Notes: generated from the letters alone by a model not told the origin. DNA of 64,000 nucleotides from an uncultured Flavipsychrobacter sp. (GCA_964601855.1 CAZRPA010000001.1:23275-87274); one strand, 5' to 3'. Shown: positions 1 through 8,629, counted from the first letter of the stretch. A program made the numbers and translations.

Positions 1-251
1 TCAGCAGCATAGGCGCTCACCTCCAGAAGATTGAGCGTTATTCAGAGCTGGCGGCACGTGCTGCGGTAGAAAATGGTAAATCTGCCACCATCCTCAAAAT
101 CATTTTCTCACCTTTCTGGCATTTTATATCAGAGTACTTCATCAAGCTCGGCTTTCTCGATGGTTTTTATGGCTTCGTTATCTGCCGTTTATCTGCCTAT
201 AGTGCATTTATCAAGTACACTAAAATCCGCCTGTACAGCCGCAACAAGTAA
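1..251 (+). CDS. glycosyltransferase family 2-like protein, C-terminal fragment (5' end outside window)
   Basis: An open frame (codon phase from nt 3) runs from the window edge to TAA at 249-251. The translation ...ILKIIFSPFWHFISEYFIKLGFLDGFYGFVICRLSAYSAFIKYTKIRLYSRNK resembles the C-terminal tail of GT2 LPS-core type glycosyltransferases. It is absent from the ORF track because it has no start codon. Confidence 0.5.
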   Translation, partial: SSIGAHLQKIERYSELAARAAVENGKSATILKIIFSPFWHFISEYFIKLGFLDGFYGFVICRLSAYSAFIKYTKIRLYSRNK

Positions 252-274
252 ACTTCGCTTATTCGTATCGTATC

Positions 275-321
275 AAAAAAACAAAGAGCATCAGCAAGGT
301 GTTTATGCCCTCACTGATGCT
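275..321 (-). terminator. rho-independent terminator-like hairpin between convergent genes
   Basis: Perfect 8-bp stem AGCATCAG (287-294) / CTGATGCT (314-321). On the minus strand it is followed by CTTTGTTTTTTT (A-run 275-281 on plus). It lies just downstream of the VOC gene stop. Confidence 0.5.
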
Positions 322-347
322 TGTACAATTATATATTTATTGTCGAA

Positions 348-731
348 TTATCCGTTTGAGTGTAGCGCCACACCATTACCTTCTGTATCTATAAAGAAAG
401 CCATATAGCCGGTTTCAGGGTCTATATGTGTTTTAGGCATGGTCACAGTGCCACCTGCAGCGGCTACTTTGCTCAGTGCTACATCTAGGTCGGGGTTTCC
501 GTTAAAGTATATTTTAGCCCCATCTAGGTTGGGTTTGTTCATCTCGCTCTGCACCAGCGCACCCGATACTTTACCATTGCTGTCTTCTCTGGGGAAGAAG
601 GCCATCTTCATTCCCATCATTTCCATTTCAGGCATTTCTATGTCGAAAATGGTTTCATAAAATTTCTTAGCTCTAGCCATATCTGTTACAGCTATCTCAA
701 ACCAGTTGATAACATTTACGTTTGCGTTCAT
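348..731 (-). CDS. VOC (glyoxalase/bleomycin-resistance/dioxygenase) family protein
   Basis: The ORF is 348-830, and the start is trimmed to the internal ATG at 731 (MNANVNVINWFEIAVTDMARAKKFYETIF...). NWFEI..D..RA..FY and the C-terminal G..FFID.EGN..ALHS are typical of small VOC proteins. Confidence 0.8.
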   Translation of the reverse strand: MNANVNVINWFEIAVTDMARAKKFYETIFDIEMPEMEMMGMKMAFFPREDSNGKVSGALVQSEMNKPNLDGAKIYFNGNPDLDVALSKVAAAGGTVTMPKTHIDPETGYMAFFIDTEGNGVALHSNG

Positions 732-953
732 AATTCGTGATTTTTTGGTGGATAAATTTGTTGTCACTAAGTTATCTGAATTTCTGTTATTCCTACTGTT
801 TTGTTTAACTTTCACCCTCAAAATAACCATGTCTTAATATATCCGTAACAGGTGCTCATTTTTATTTCCTATTAGCCCAATGCACTTACAGACAATGGTT
901 TAGCTAGTTTTTGGCATTGTTACTATAGCCGTTTTTTAATAACCTTCACATTT

Positions 954-990
954 TTTGTTTAACTTGTTTGCATTTATTTGTTTAACTTTG
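954..990 (+). promoter_or_regulatory. candidate promoter plus direct-repeat operator of the MerR/CarH-like gene
   Basis: An exact 12-bp direct repeat TTTGTTTAACTT lies at 954-965 and 977-988. A perfect Bacteroidota -7 box TAACTTTG sits at 983-990, 21 nt before ATG 1011, with a TTG at 964-966 in -33 position. On the opposite strand each repeat reads aAgtTaaACAa. Confidence 0.4.
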
Positions 991-1010
991 TCAACTATTA
1001 TTTAAACACA

Positions 1011-1895
1011 ATGGAGTCATATCAAATTAACGACCTCGAGCGGCTTACGGGTATCAAGGCACATACCATAAGGATTTGGGAAAAACGCTATAGTCTCATC
1101 CACCCAAACCGAACCGATACCAATCGCCGATACTACGACGACGCCCAGGTACGTAAATTGCTCAATGTGACAACTCTATTGTCTTATGGACACAAGATAT
1201 CCAAGATAGCAGCCCTTACTGACGAACAAATACATGAGCACATAGAGCACGACTCATCCTCCACCACTGGTCTGCATGTCAACAATGGTTATGTCAATGA
1301 CCTTCTGGCCAGTATGTTGGCCTTTGATGAAGTAGGTTTCGAGCGCATTTTCTCTGCTGCGGTGTTGCGCATGGGTATGTTCGATACTATGGTGCAGGTG
1401 GTCTACCCGTTTTTGGCAAAAACCGGTGTGCTCTGGACGGTCAATAAATCTGCCCCCGTACAAGAGCATTTTGCATCTTGCATCATCAAGCGCAAGCTTA
1501 TGGCGGCTACAGATGGTTTGCTTTCATCAACGCACAAACCCAAGAGGTTTCTGTTGTTTTTACCACCACTAGAGTGGCACGAGATAGGTTTAATGTTTGC
1601 AAATTATATAATTCGCTCTCGTGGCTATCAAACCCTTTATTTTGGTCAGGATTTGCCTACAGAAGATGTGATAAAAATTGTAGGTATGGTAGCTCCCGAA
1701 TATATACTTACTTTTTTTGTAGCTGCCAGACCCGCCGAAGAGGTAAAAGACTTCATTACAGCTTATGCATCAGCCGAACCCCAAGCACACGTTATAGTCG
1801 CTGGCAGCCTCGATCTCTTGTCTTCTTCCCAAACAAACTTACCTAATGTGTCGCACATGAAAGGTGTTCATGATTTACTCGATCTTTTGAAGTAA
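1011..1895 (+). CDS. MerR-family transcriptional regulator with B12-binding domain (CarH/LitR-like light-responsive regulator)
   Basis: N-terminal MerR HTH (YQINDLERLTGIKAHTIRIWEKRY...NRRYYDDAQV). Wx9EH motif at W142/E152/H153 (nt 1434-1469). ExHxxG cobalamin-ligand motif LEWHEIG with H190 (nt 1572-1589). It sits directly upstream of crtI. The start is taken at ATG 1011 within ORF 978-1895. Confidence 0.8.
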   Translation: MESYQINDLERLTGIKAHTIRIWEKRYSLIHPNRTDTNRRYYDDAQVRKLLNVTTLLSYGHKISKIAALTDEQIHEHIEHDSSSTTGLHVNNGYVNDLLASMLAFDEVGFERIFSAAVLRMGMFDTMVQVVYPFLAKTGVLWTVNKSAPVQEHFASCIIKRKLMAATDGLLSSTHKPKRFLLFLPPLEWHEIGLMFANYIIRSRGYQTLYFGQDLPTEDVIKIVGMVAPEYILTFFVAARPAEEVKDFITAYASAEPQAHVIVAGSLDLLSSSQTNLPNVSHMKGVHDLLDLLK

Positions 1896-1942
1896 ATTTA
1901 TAAAAGTTACGTTTAGATATATTTCTGAAAAAATAAACAAAG

Positions 1943-3412
1943 TTGAAAAATTTATCAGTCATAGGTAGTGGGTTCTCGGGCATGTCTGCGGCAGCATTTC
2001 TGGCGCAGGCTGGTCACAAAGTTTCTGTATTTGAGAAAAACAATACTACCGGCGGCAGGGCAAGAGCTTTTGAGGCACAGGGTTTTACATTCGATATGGG
2101 TCCTAGTTGGTACTGGATGCCCGATGTATTCGAAAAATTCTTTGGTAGCTTCGGCAAACACCCTTCCGATTATTACAACCTCGTTCAGCTCGACCCTGGC
2201 TTTCAAATCATCTTTGGCAAAGATGATGTACTCCCCATCCCTGCCTCGCTCGATGGTATCTATCAGGTATTCGAAAGCATAGAAAAGGGTAGTGCCGATA
2301 AACTCAAAAAGTTTATGGCAGAGGGCGAATACAAGTACAATACTGGCATGAAACAACTGGTGTACAAGCCAGCCTTTTCGTGGCTCGAGTTTATGAACCT
2401 CGACCTCATCAAGGGCGTAGCCAAGCTCGATGTGTTTCAGTCCGTAAGCAGTCACGTGCGCAGCTACTTTAAAGACGAACGCCTTGTTGCACTCATGGAG
2501 TTTCCGGTGCTCTTCCTAGGTGCCATGGCAAAGCAGATACCTGCACTTTACAGCCTCATGAACTATGCAGCCCTTTCTATGGGCACATGGTATCCGATGG
2601 GTGGTATGATGAAGATAGGCGAGGGCATGCAGTCTCTGGCTGAGTCTCTGGGTGCAGAGTTTTTTACAAGCAGCGAAATCAGCAAAATTCAGGTCAATGG
2701 CAGCACGGCCAGCGGCTTGCTTACTGCATCGGGCACAGTGCCCACTGACGGCATCATAGCCACCGGCGACTACCACCACATGGACCAGGTATTGCTCGAT
2801 GCCACTCACCGCAACTACAACGAGCAGTACTGGGAGGGCAAAACCTTTGCACCGTCTTGCCTCATATTTTATCTGGGTGTCAGCAAGAAAATCAAAAAAC
2901 TCATTCACCACAATCTGTTTTTCGATACCTCGCTCGATGTTCATGCCCGTGAGATCTACGAATCACCACAGTGGCCTTCACAGCCCCTGTTCTATGTATG
3001 TTGTCCGTCTAAGACCGACCCCTCAGTAGCGCCAGAGGGTATGGAAAACCTCTTTTTACTCGTGCCCATAGCACCGGGCTTGCAAGACACAGAAGAGCTA
3101 AGGCAGAAATACTACAACATCATCATGAAGCGCATAGAGGATCTTTGCGACGACTCTATCTTGCCATATGTAGTGTACAATAAAAGTTATTGTATCAAAG
3201 ATTTTGTAGCCGATTACCACGCCTACAAAGGCAACGCATACGGACTGGCCAACACCCTGCGCCAAACAGCAGTACTCAAGCCATCATTGCGCAACAAAAA
3301 AGTAACCAATTTATTCTATGCAGGTCAGCTCACTGTGCCAGGGCCAGGAGTACCACCCGCACTCATTTCCGGACAGGTTGCAGCAGAGCAGCTATTAAAA
3401 AGTTTGAAGTAA
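1943..3412 (+). CDS. crtI: phytoene desaturase
   Basis: 489 aa. N-terminal FAD Rossmann motif VIGSGFSGMSAAAFLAQAGHKVSVFEKN..GGRA and C-terminal FYAGQLTVPGPGVPPALISG are typical of CrtI. The start is TTG because an in-frame TAA lies at 1934-1936. Confidence 0.92.
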   Translation: MKNLSVIGSGFSGMSAAAFLAQAGHKVSVFEKNNTTGGRARAFEAQGFTFDMGPSWYWMPDVFEKFFGSFGKHPSDYYNLVQLDPGFQIIFGKDDVLPIPASLDGIYQVFESIEKGSADKLKKFMAEGEYKYNTGMKQLVYKPAFSWLEFMNLDLIKGVAKLDVFQSVSSHVRSYFKDERLVALMEFPVLFLGAMAKQIPALYSLMNYAALSMGTWYPMGGMMKIGEGMQSLAESLGAEFFTSSEISKIQVNGSTASGLLTASGTVPTDGIIATGDYHHMDQVLLDATHRNYNEQYWEGKTFAPSCLIFYLGVSKKIKKLIHHNLFFDTSLDVHAREIYESPQWPSQPLFYVCCPSKTDPSVAPEGMENLFLLVPIAPGLQDTEELRQKYYNIIMKRIEDLCDDSILPYVVYNKSYCIKDFVADYHAYKGNAYGLANTLRQTAVLKPSLRNKKVTNLFYAGQLTVPGPGVPPALISGQVAAEQLLKSLK

Positions 3413-3420
3413 TATATACC

Positions 3421-4257
3421 ATGAAACAGATATTCGACGACGTATCTGCCGCTTGCAGTAAACTGGCCACTAGGGCCTACAGCACCAGCTTCTCTCTGGG
3501 CATTCATTGCCTCGACAAAAAAATGCATGCCCCTATCTATGCCATTTATGGCTTCGTTCGCTTTGCCGATGAAATCGTTGATACCTTTCACGACTACGAT
3601 AAACTCACACTCTTCAACGAGTTCAAGGCAGAAACATGGGCTTCTATCGACCGTAAGATAAGTATGAACCCCATACTCAATAGCTTTCAGCAGGTAGTCA
3701 ACCAATACAACATCGAGCCCGAGCTTATCACTACTTTCCTCAGCAGCATGGAAACCGACCTCATGCGCAGCACCCACTCTGGCGACACTTACGACCAATA
3801 CATCGTAGGCTCAGCAGAGGTAGTAGGGCTCATGTGTCTTCGGGTCTTTACCAACAACGACGATGCACTCTACCAAAAGCTCGTACCCGCAGCCCGCAAG
3901 CTAGGTGCAGCCTTTCAGAAGGTCAACTTCCTGCGCGACCTCAAAAACGATTACGAATACCTGGGCAGAGTTTACTTCCCCGGCGTAGCATTCCAATCTT
4001 TTTCTGAGGCTGACAAAAAACAAATAGAACTCGACATCGCCCGCGATTTCGATGAGGCATTCATCGGCATTCGCCAGCTACCCAAAGACGCACGTTTTGG
4101 GGTCTATGTGGCATACAAGTACTATCGCAGCCTGTTCAACAAGATACGCGCCGTACCACCAGCACACATACTTGTGCAGCGGGTACGCATATCCAACCGT
4201 CGCAAGATAGGCCTCCTCGTTACCTCTTATTTCAGGCACAGCCTCAGTATATTTTAA
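3421..4257 (+). CDS. crtB: phytoene synthase
   Basis: ATG at 3421 inside ORF 3190-4257. YSTSFSLG, YAIYGFVRFADEIVD and AFQKVNFLRDLKNDYE..GRVYFP are squalene/phytoene synthase motifs. Confidence 0.92.
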   Translation: MKQIFDDVSAACSKLATRAYSTSFSLGIHCLDKKMHAPIYAIYGFVRFADEIVDTFHDYDKLTLFNEFKAETWASIDRKISMNPILNSFQQVVNQYNIEPELITTFLSSMETDLMRSTHSGDTYDQYIVGSAEVVGLMCLRVFTNNDDALYQKLVPAARKLGAAFQKVNFLRDLKNDYEYLGRVYFPGVAFQSFSEADKKQIELDIARDFDEAFIGIRQLPKDARFGVYVAYKYYRSLFNKIRAVPPAHILVQRVRISNRRKIGLLVTSYFRHSLSIF

Positions 4258-4281
4258 ATAAACCCTCACAGTACTATAGCA

Positions 4282-4818
4282 ATGGAACAAGTAATACTAG
4301 TAGATACGCACGACGAGCAAGTAGGTACCATGGAGAAACAAGAAGCACACATCACCGGTCTGCTACACCGTGCAGTATCAGTGTTTGTCTTCAATACGCA
4401 GGGCCAGTTACTCCTGCAGCAGCGTGCCGCAGGCAAGTACCACTCTGCCCTCCAGTGGACCAACACCTGTTGCAGCCACCCCCGCCCCGGCGAGGATGTA
4501 GCCGCAGCAGCTCACCGTCGCCTGCAAGAAGAGATGGGCTTCACCTGCCCACTCCAGAAATCCTTCACCTTTATATACAATGCCAGCCTCAGCAATGGCC
4601 TCATAGAGCACGAGTATGACCATGTATTCACCGGCATCAGCAACACCATACCCATCCCCGATGCCGCCGAAGTAGCCCAGTACACCTACATGAGCCTGCC
4701 CGACATCAAAGCCGCCATTGCCGCCACCCCTCATCAGTTCACACCCTGGTTCAGGTTGTGCATCTCCGACTGGGAGGCAGCATTACTCCAAAACTTAACA
4801 CCATCTACCGATGCTTAG
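4282..4818 (+). CDS. idi: isopentenyl-diphosphate delta-isomerase, type 1 (Nudix)
   Basis: 178 aa. LHRAVSVFVFN..G.LLLQQRA..KYHS...WTNTCCSHP and EHEYDHVF match the type-1 IDI active-site Cys/Glu context. Confidence 0.88.
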   Translation: MEQVILVDTHDEQVGTMEKQEAHITGLLHRAVSVFVFNTQGQLLLQQRAAGKYHSALQWTNTCCSHPRPGEDVAAAAHRRLQEEMGFTCPLQKSFTFIYNASLSNGLIEHEYDHVFTGISNTIPIPDAAEVAQYTYMSLPDIKAAIAATPHQFTPWFRLCISDWEAALLQNLTPSTDA

Positions 4819-4901
4819 CTACCACTTTTGCCGGTAACTTTGCAGCAGCAATACAGTAAACAACCTTACAAAATCAGTACAATCTAAATATTCATTATAC
4901 T

Positions 4902-5375
4902 ATGTGGCTCACTTATACATTAATACTCGTAGGCACCTTCTTTGGCATGGAGGCAGTAGCATGGCTCACCCACAAGTACGTCATGCATGGTCTGCTCTGG
5001 AATCTCCACGAAGACCACCACAAGAAGAACCCCACCTCATTCTTCGAGAAGAACGATTACTTCTTTCTCATCTTTGCCATACCCGGCATCCTGTGTCTGG
5101 CACTGGGGCTCTATACATCTTACACCTACCTCATGTTCATAGGGCTGGGCATCACCATCTATGGGTTTGCCTACTTTTTCGTACACGACATCTTCATACA
5201 CCAGCGGTTCAAGATCTTCCGCAACTCCGACAACTTTTACTTCCGTGCCATACGCCGTGCCCACAAAATGCACCACAAGCACCTGGGCAAAGAAGATGGC
5301 GAATGTTTCGGCATGCTATGGGTACCCATCAAGTATTTTACCGAAGCCCTAAAACGCAATCAGTCTAATGCCTGA
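4902..5375 (+). CDS. crtZ: beta-carotene 3-hydroxylase
   Basis: 157 aa membrane protein with the His boxes [13 protein letters not shown] and HKMHHKH of the fatty-acid-hydroxylase superfamily CrtZ. Confidence 0.9.
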   Translation: MWLTYTLILVGTFFGMEAVAWLTHKYVMHGLLWNLHEDHHKKNPTSFFEKNDYFFLIFAIPGILCLALGLYTSYTYLMFIGLGITIYGFAYFFVHDIFIHQRFKIFRNSDNFYFRAIRRAHKMHHKHLGKEDGECFGMLWVPIKYFTEALKRNQSNA

Positions 5376-6063
5376 TAAATACCTCTACTTACTGGTCGAT
5401 TTTTTTTGCATCGTCTTTCCGTTTCTGTTCTCCTTTCATCCACGGTTCAGATTCGTTAGTCAGTGGCGCCACTTTTTTGTGCCCTGCCTCGCCGTAGCAG
5501 CCTTTTTCCTCGTGTGGGATGGCTTCTTCACCCACATCGGCATCTGGAACTTCAACCCCCGCTATGTCTGCGGCATCTACCTGTTCAATCTCCCTATCGA
5601 GGAAGTCCTCTTTTTCATCTGCATACCCTACGCCTGTGTCTTCACCTACTATTGCGTCAGCACCTACATACCCACCGCCCGTTTTGCCCCCCATGCCCGT
5701 TGGTTTTCGCTGCTGCTCATAGCCGCCATGCTCTTGGTAGGGCTCGCTTATCTGCCCCGCCTCTACACCTCAGTCACCTTTATACTCCTCGCACTGTTTG
5801 TGTCCATTATGCTCTACCGACGGGTTACATACCTCGCTGCCTTTTACCTCACATTTATCATCATACTGCTTCCCTTTTTCATTTCCAATGGCATCCTCAC
5901 CGGAGCCCTCACCCCCGAGGCTGTAGTACGCTACAACGATGCCCACAACCTCGGCATCCGCATGATCACCATCCCCTTCGAAGACACCTTCTACGGCATG
6001 CTTATGCTCATGATGAATGTAGCAGGGTATGAGTATTTGAGGACGAAGAATGCAGGGAAATAG
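5368..6063 (+). CDS. crtY: lycopene cyclase, fused CrtYc/CrtYd-type (lycopene cyclase domain protein)
   Basis: 231 aa polytopic membrane protein with two half-domains, each carrying the hPhE(E/D) motif ([10 protein letters not shown] and [11 protein letters not shown]). Its ATG overlaps the crtZ stop (ATGCCTGA, 8-nt overlap). Confidence 0.8.
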   Translation: MPDKYLYLLVDFFCIVFPFLFSFHPRFRFVSQWRHFFVPCLAVAAFFLVWDGFFTHIGIWNFNPRYVCGIYLFNLPIEEVLFFICIPYACVFTYYCVSTYIPTARFAPHARWFSLLLIAAMLLVGLAYLPRLYTSVTFILLALFVSIMLYRRVTYLAAFYLTFIIILLPFFISNGILTGALTPEAVVRYNDAHNLGIRMITIPFEDTFYGMLMLMMNVAGYEYLRTKNAGK

Positions 6064-6086
6064 CTAAAGATGTAAAATGAAAAAAG

Positions 6087-6124
6087 GCAGAAAAATGTAT
6101 TTTATGTACATGTTTCTGCTTTTT
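6087..6124 (+). terminator. rho-independent terminator of the carotenoid operon
   Basis: GCAGAAAAATGTA (6087-6099) pairs with TACATGTTTCTGC (6107-6119). The stem is 13 bp with one mismatch and a 7-nt loop, followed by TTTTT (6120-6124). Confidence 0.7.
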
Positions 6125-6228
6125 GTGCCCCACATTAGGATAATATTGCACCCAATATGAGAATTATTTTTTTTGATATTTGCCAATATTAACAAGATTT
6201 TTATTGCAATAAGTATCACACTAGAATT

Positions 6229-6882
6229 ATGACTGAATTATTTAAGCTAAAAATTGCGGATGGTTTCCCAGCCGAATATCAAGAGGCTAATTTCGGCATA
6301 CAATTAAATGCGGAAGAATATAATAAGCTTTTTGACGGCATGTACGCAGAAAATATGGAAAGCAAGTGGCATATTTTTGGTTTGGGTGATATTATTTTCT
6401 TCGCTCGAAGTTGGACTTTATTTTGTGTATATAAGGTGTTTATAAAGAAAATAGATGACAATTACATACTAGAGAAAATTCAAGTCAACAGAAACCAACA
6501 ACAGTATAGAAGTTGGGGAATCGAACAAGATATCATTTGGCTTAAAATGTTATTAAGGGCATATTTGCAAAGAGAGGATTTATATATAGATCCCGAACTA
6601 AGCATACCTGTAGTTAAGAATACTATAGAACAAGTAGATCCAAATAATGAATACAACAAAAGTGTTGGCACTTCTAATAGTATCGCCCTTACCAGAAGTA
6701 TCCATACCAGCATTGATTCTGGATGGACTGATTTGGAACGGAATCTGAGGAACAGACCAGATGAAGAGACTTTAATTTCCGTTCATCTTTGGAGGAGAGA
6801 AAACCCCAAAGATTCTTTCACAATGTATTTCGATAAAGAAGGGAAAACTTTATTGGGCAGGATACAAATAAACAGAAGATAA
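6229..6882 (+). CDS. hypothetical protein
   Basis: 217-aa ORF with an ATG start in the AT-rich island. I recognise no motif. Confidence 0.55.
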   Translation: MTELFKLKIADGFPAEYQEANFGIQLNAEEYNKLFDGMYAENMESKWHIFGLGDIIFFARSWTLFCVYKVFIKKIDDNYILEKIQVNRNQQQYRSWGIEQDIIWLKMLLRAYLQREDLYIDPELSIPVVKNTIEQVDPNNEYNKSVGTSNSIALTRSIHTSIDSGWTDLERNLRNRPDEETLISVHLWRRENPKDSFTMYFDKEGKTLLGRIQINRR

Positions 6883-6937
6883 AAAATGATATCTATATAT
6901 ATCCTTCTCCAAACTCAAATCTTAAATTGTGCTTTCT

Positions 6938-7696
6938 ATGCTAAAAGGCACTTTGTGTAGACTTTTTCTCTTTTTGCAGGTTTTATTAGGGCAATATTGT
7001 TACGGGCAACAATATACTAATGACACTCTGTTCAATAAATTCAGAAAAAATATACAAACATTACAAGAAAAGTATGATGGGATAGTTAGGTGGGATGATG
7101 AAACACGTGAAGCATACTATTTATTGCTCTCTACTCATTCAGTTGAAGCTCTTGTAAACTACACTGATGATTCTATCCCGGCTGTTCGCGCAATTATATA
7201 TGTTGGTTTGGCTCAAATAAATGCAGATCAAAAACTTCTTAAAGAAATTCTAAACAAGCATATAAATGATACAGCAAAATTTAGTGAAGGCTCTACTGAT
7301 GTAATATTATCTTGGTCAGTCCAAGGATATATGCAGTTTGTTTTGGATTGTCATAATAGCAACAAATTTAAATATGTAGATTTTAATGATAGGATTGATG
7401 AAATTAGACGCAAACGTTTTGTTTTTGTATCTGGAGCGCATCATGGATTTATTAAAAAAGACTCTTTATTGAAAGATGATAGTTTAATTTCTATACAGGC
7501 AGGTTTTAAAATAATTTCATTTACTCTATTTTTTAGAGAAGAAACATTTCAATCGAGCAATGTTCTAAGTAAGCGATTGAAAAGAAAAATCAAGAGGTTA
7601 AGATCAGGGGAAAGCATTTTTATCGAAAACATTAAGGCTGAAGGGCCTGACAAATCATGGAGAAAATTCTCCCCAATTTTTTTAATAGTTCAATAA
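6938..7696 (+). CDS. hypothetical exported protein
   Basis: ORF 6929-7696 (GTG). ATG 6938 gives the signal-peptide-like MLKGTLCRLFLFLQVLLGQYCYGQQ. No family recognised. Confidence 0.55.
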   Translation: MLKGTLCRLFLFLQVLLGQYCYGQQYTNDTLFNKFRKNIQTLQEKYDGIVRWDDETREAYYLLLSTHSVEALVNYTDDSIPAVRAIIYVGLAQINADQKLLKEILNKHINDTAKFSEGSTDVILSWSVQGYMQFVLDCHNSNKFKYVDFNDRIDEIRRKRFVFVSGAHHGFIKKDSLLKDDSLISIQAGFKIISFTLFFREETFQSSNVLSKRLKRKIKRLRSGESIFIENIKAEGPDKSWRKFSPIFLIVQ

Positions 7697-7814
7697 AACC
7701 ATCCGGTTTACATATTGGTTTGATGTTCCAGTATAGGGTACAATATCGAACCAGTTAATGACCGCATTGAAACGCATTTGTGAATTTTGTGTTCTGATAG
7801 AGGAAGAATAGGAA

Positions 7815-7852
7815 TTTTGTGCCAACATTTGACGTTAAAAATCGGCACAAAA
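7815..7852. terminator. hairpin between convergent genes (possible bidirectional terminator)
   Basis: 9-bp perfect stem TTTTGTGCC (7815-7823) / GGCACAAAA (7844-7852) with a 20-nt loop. It lies between the 3' ends of 6938-7696(+) and 7859-8521(-). Confidence 0.4.
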
Positions 7853-7858
7853 AGTCAA

Positions 7859-8521
7859 CTACCATAACTTCCACCATGGTTTAGAATCATATTGCTGAGG
7901 CTCTAGAGAAATACTTCCATATTTGTAGCCTATTAAATTCGTATCAAAAAGTGTTTTATCGGCACTATTAAGTTCTACTCCAAAATATCTCGTACAAATG
8001 GAGAATACGAAGTTCTCTCCAACCTGATCTTCACTAAAGATTTCTTCTGGAAAGTCATCCAACACGTAAATCCTTTTACCACTACTATCGAGGTTTGATT
8101 TGCTCAATAGGTCGTTTTCTTCCGCTAATGGCAACCCAACCTCAACAAAAGTCCCGTCGTCGGAGCTACCAGCCCTTGCTCTTACTTTCGTTCCGTTAAT
8201 AATTATGGAATAGCCCCAGAGATTTATTGTGCTATGTAAAACTATTGCGCAAATTTCTGAGTTAGGGAAAAGTTTTTTAAACTTATTTTCAAGATAGGTT
8301 TCAGTCTCCTCAAAGAATTGCATGGGAATATCGGGTGTACATAGTATAATGTTGTTTTCATAAGTACCTATGTAAACTTTTTTGTTCCCCGGATCTCTGG
8401 CAGTTTCAAATGGTTCGTCTTTGATCTTTGTTAGTTTATTGAAGCCCATTTTTTGAAGTAATTGTTCGTTTGCAGCCCGAGCCGGGTTGTGAATAATCAC
8501 AATTGAAGCTTTCCATCCCAT
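7859..8521 (-). CDS. hypothetical protein
   Basis: 220-aa ORF with an ATG start (MGWKASIVIIHNP...). No signal peptide and no motif recognised. Confidence 0.55.
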   Translation of the reverse strand: MGWKASIVIIHNPARAANEQLLQKMGFNKLTKIKDEPFETARDPGNKKVYIGTYENNIILCTPDIPMQFFEETETYLENKFKKLFPNSEICAIVLHSTINLWGYSIIINGTKVRARAGSSDDGTFVEVGLPLAEENDLLSKSNLDSSGKRIYVLDDFPEEIFSEDQVGENFVFSICTRYFGVELNSADKTLFDTNLIGYKYGSISLEPQQYDSKPWWKLW

Positions 8522-8600
8522 ATGCAGAATTATAGGTTGAATGTACGGAAAAGTAGAAATTCTGAACGTAGATTAAATATTCCAGTAAAGTTATAAGAGC

Positions 8601-8625
8601 AAAACCCGCTCAAAAAGCGGGTTTT
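8601..8625 (-). terminator. terminator hairpin downstream of tRNA-Leu
   Basis: AAAACCCGC (8601-8609) / GCGGGTTTT (8617-8625), a 9-bp perfect stem with A/T-run arms, located 5 nt beyond the tRNA 3' end. Confidence 0.6.
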
Positions 8626-8629
8626 AAAA

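Noticed and set aside
4904-5368. A 154-aa ORF in an alternative plus-strand frame that covers almost all of crtZ.
   Set aside because: It is Pro/Arg/His-rich low-complexity translation with no motif. It is explained by the C-rich composition, which suppresses stop triplets. The crtZ frame carries all the His boxes.
5463-6032. A 189-aa alternative-frame ORF inside crtY, with a 67-aa ORF at 5519-5722 in the third frame.
   Set aside because: It has the same compositional cause, and its translation is Pro/His/Leu-rich without features. The cyclase frame has the duplicated PxE(E/D) motifs and a TM pattern.
7746-7754. TCGAACCAG, a 9-mer identical to part of the tRNA-Leu T-arm and a possible remnant att site.
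   Set aside because: A 9-nt match is well within chance expectation, and the flanking bases do not continue the tRNA sequence.
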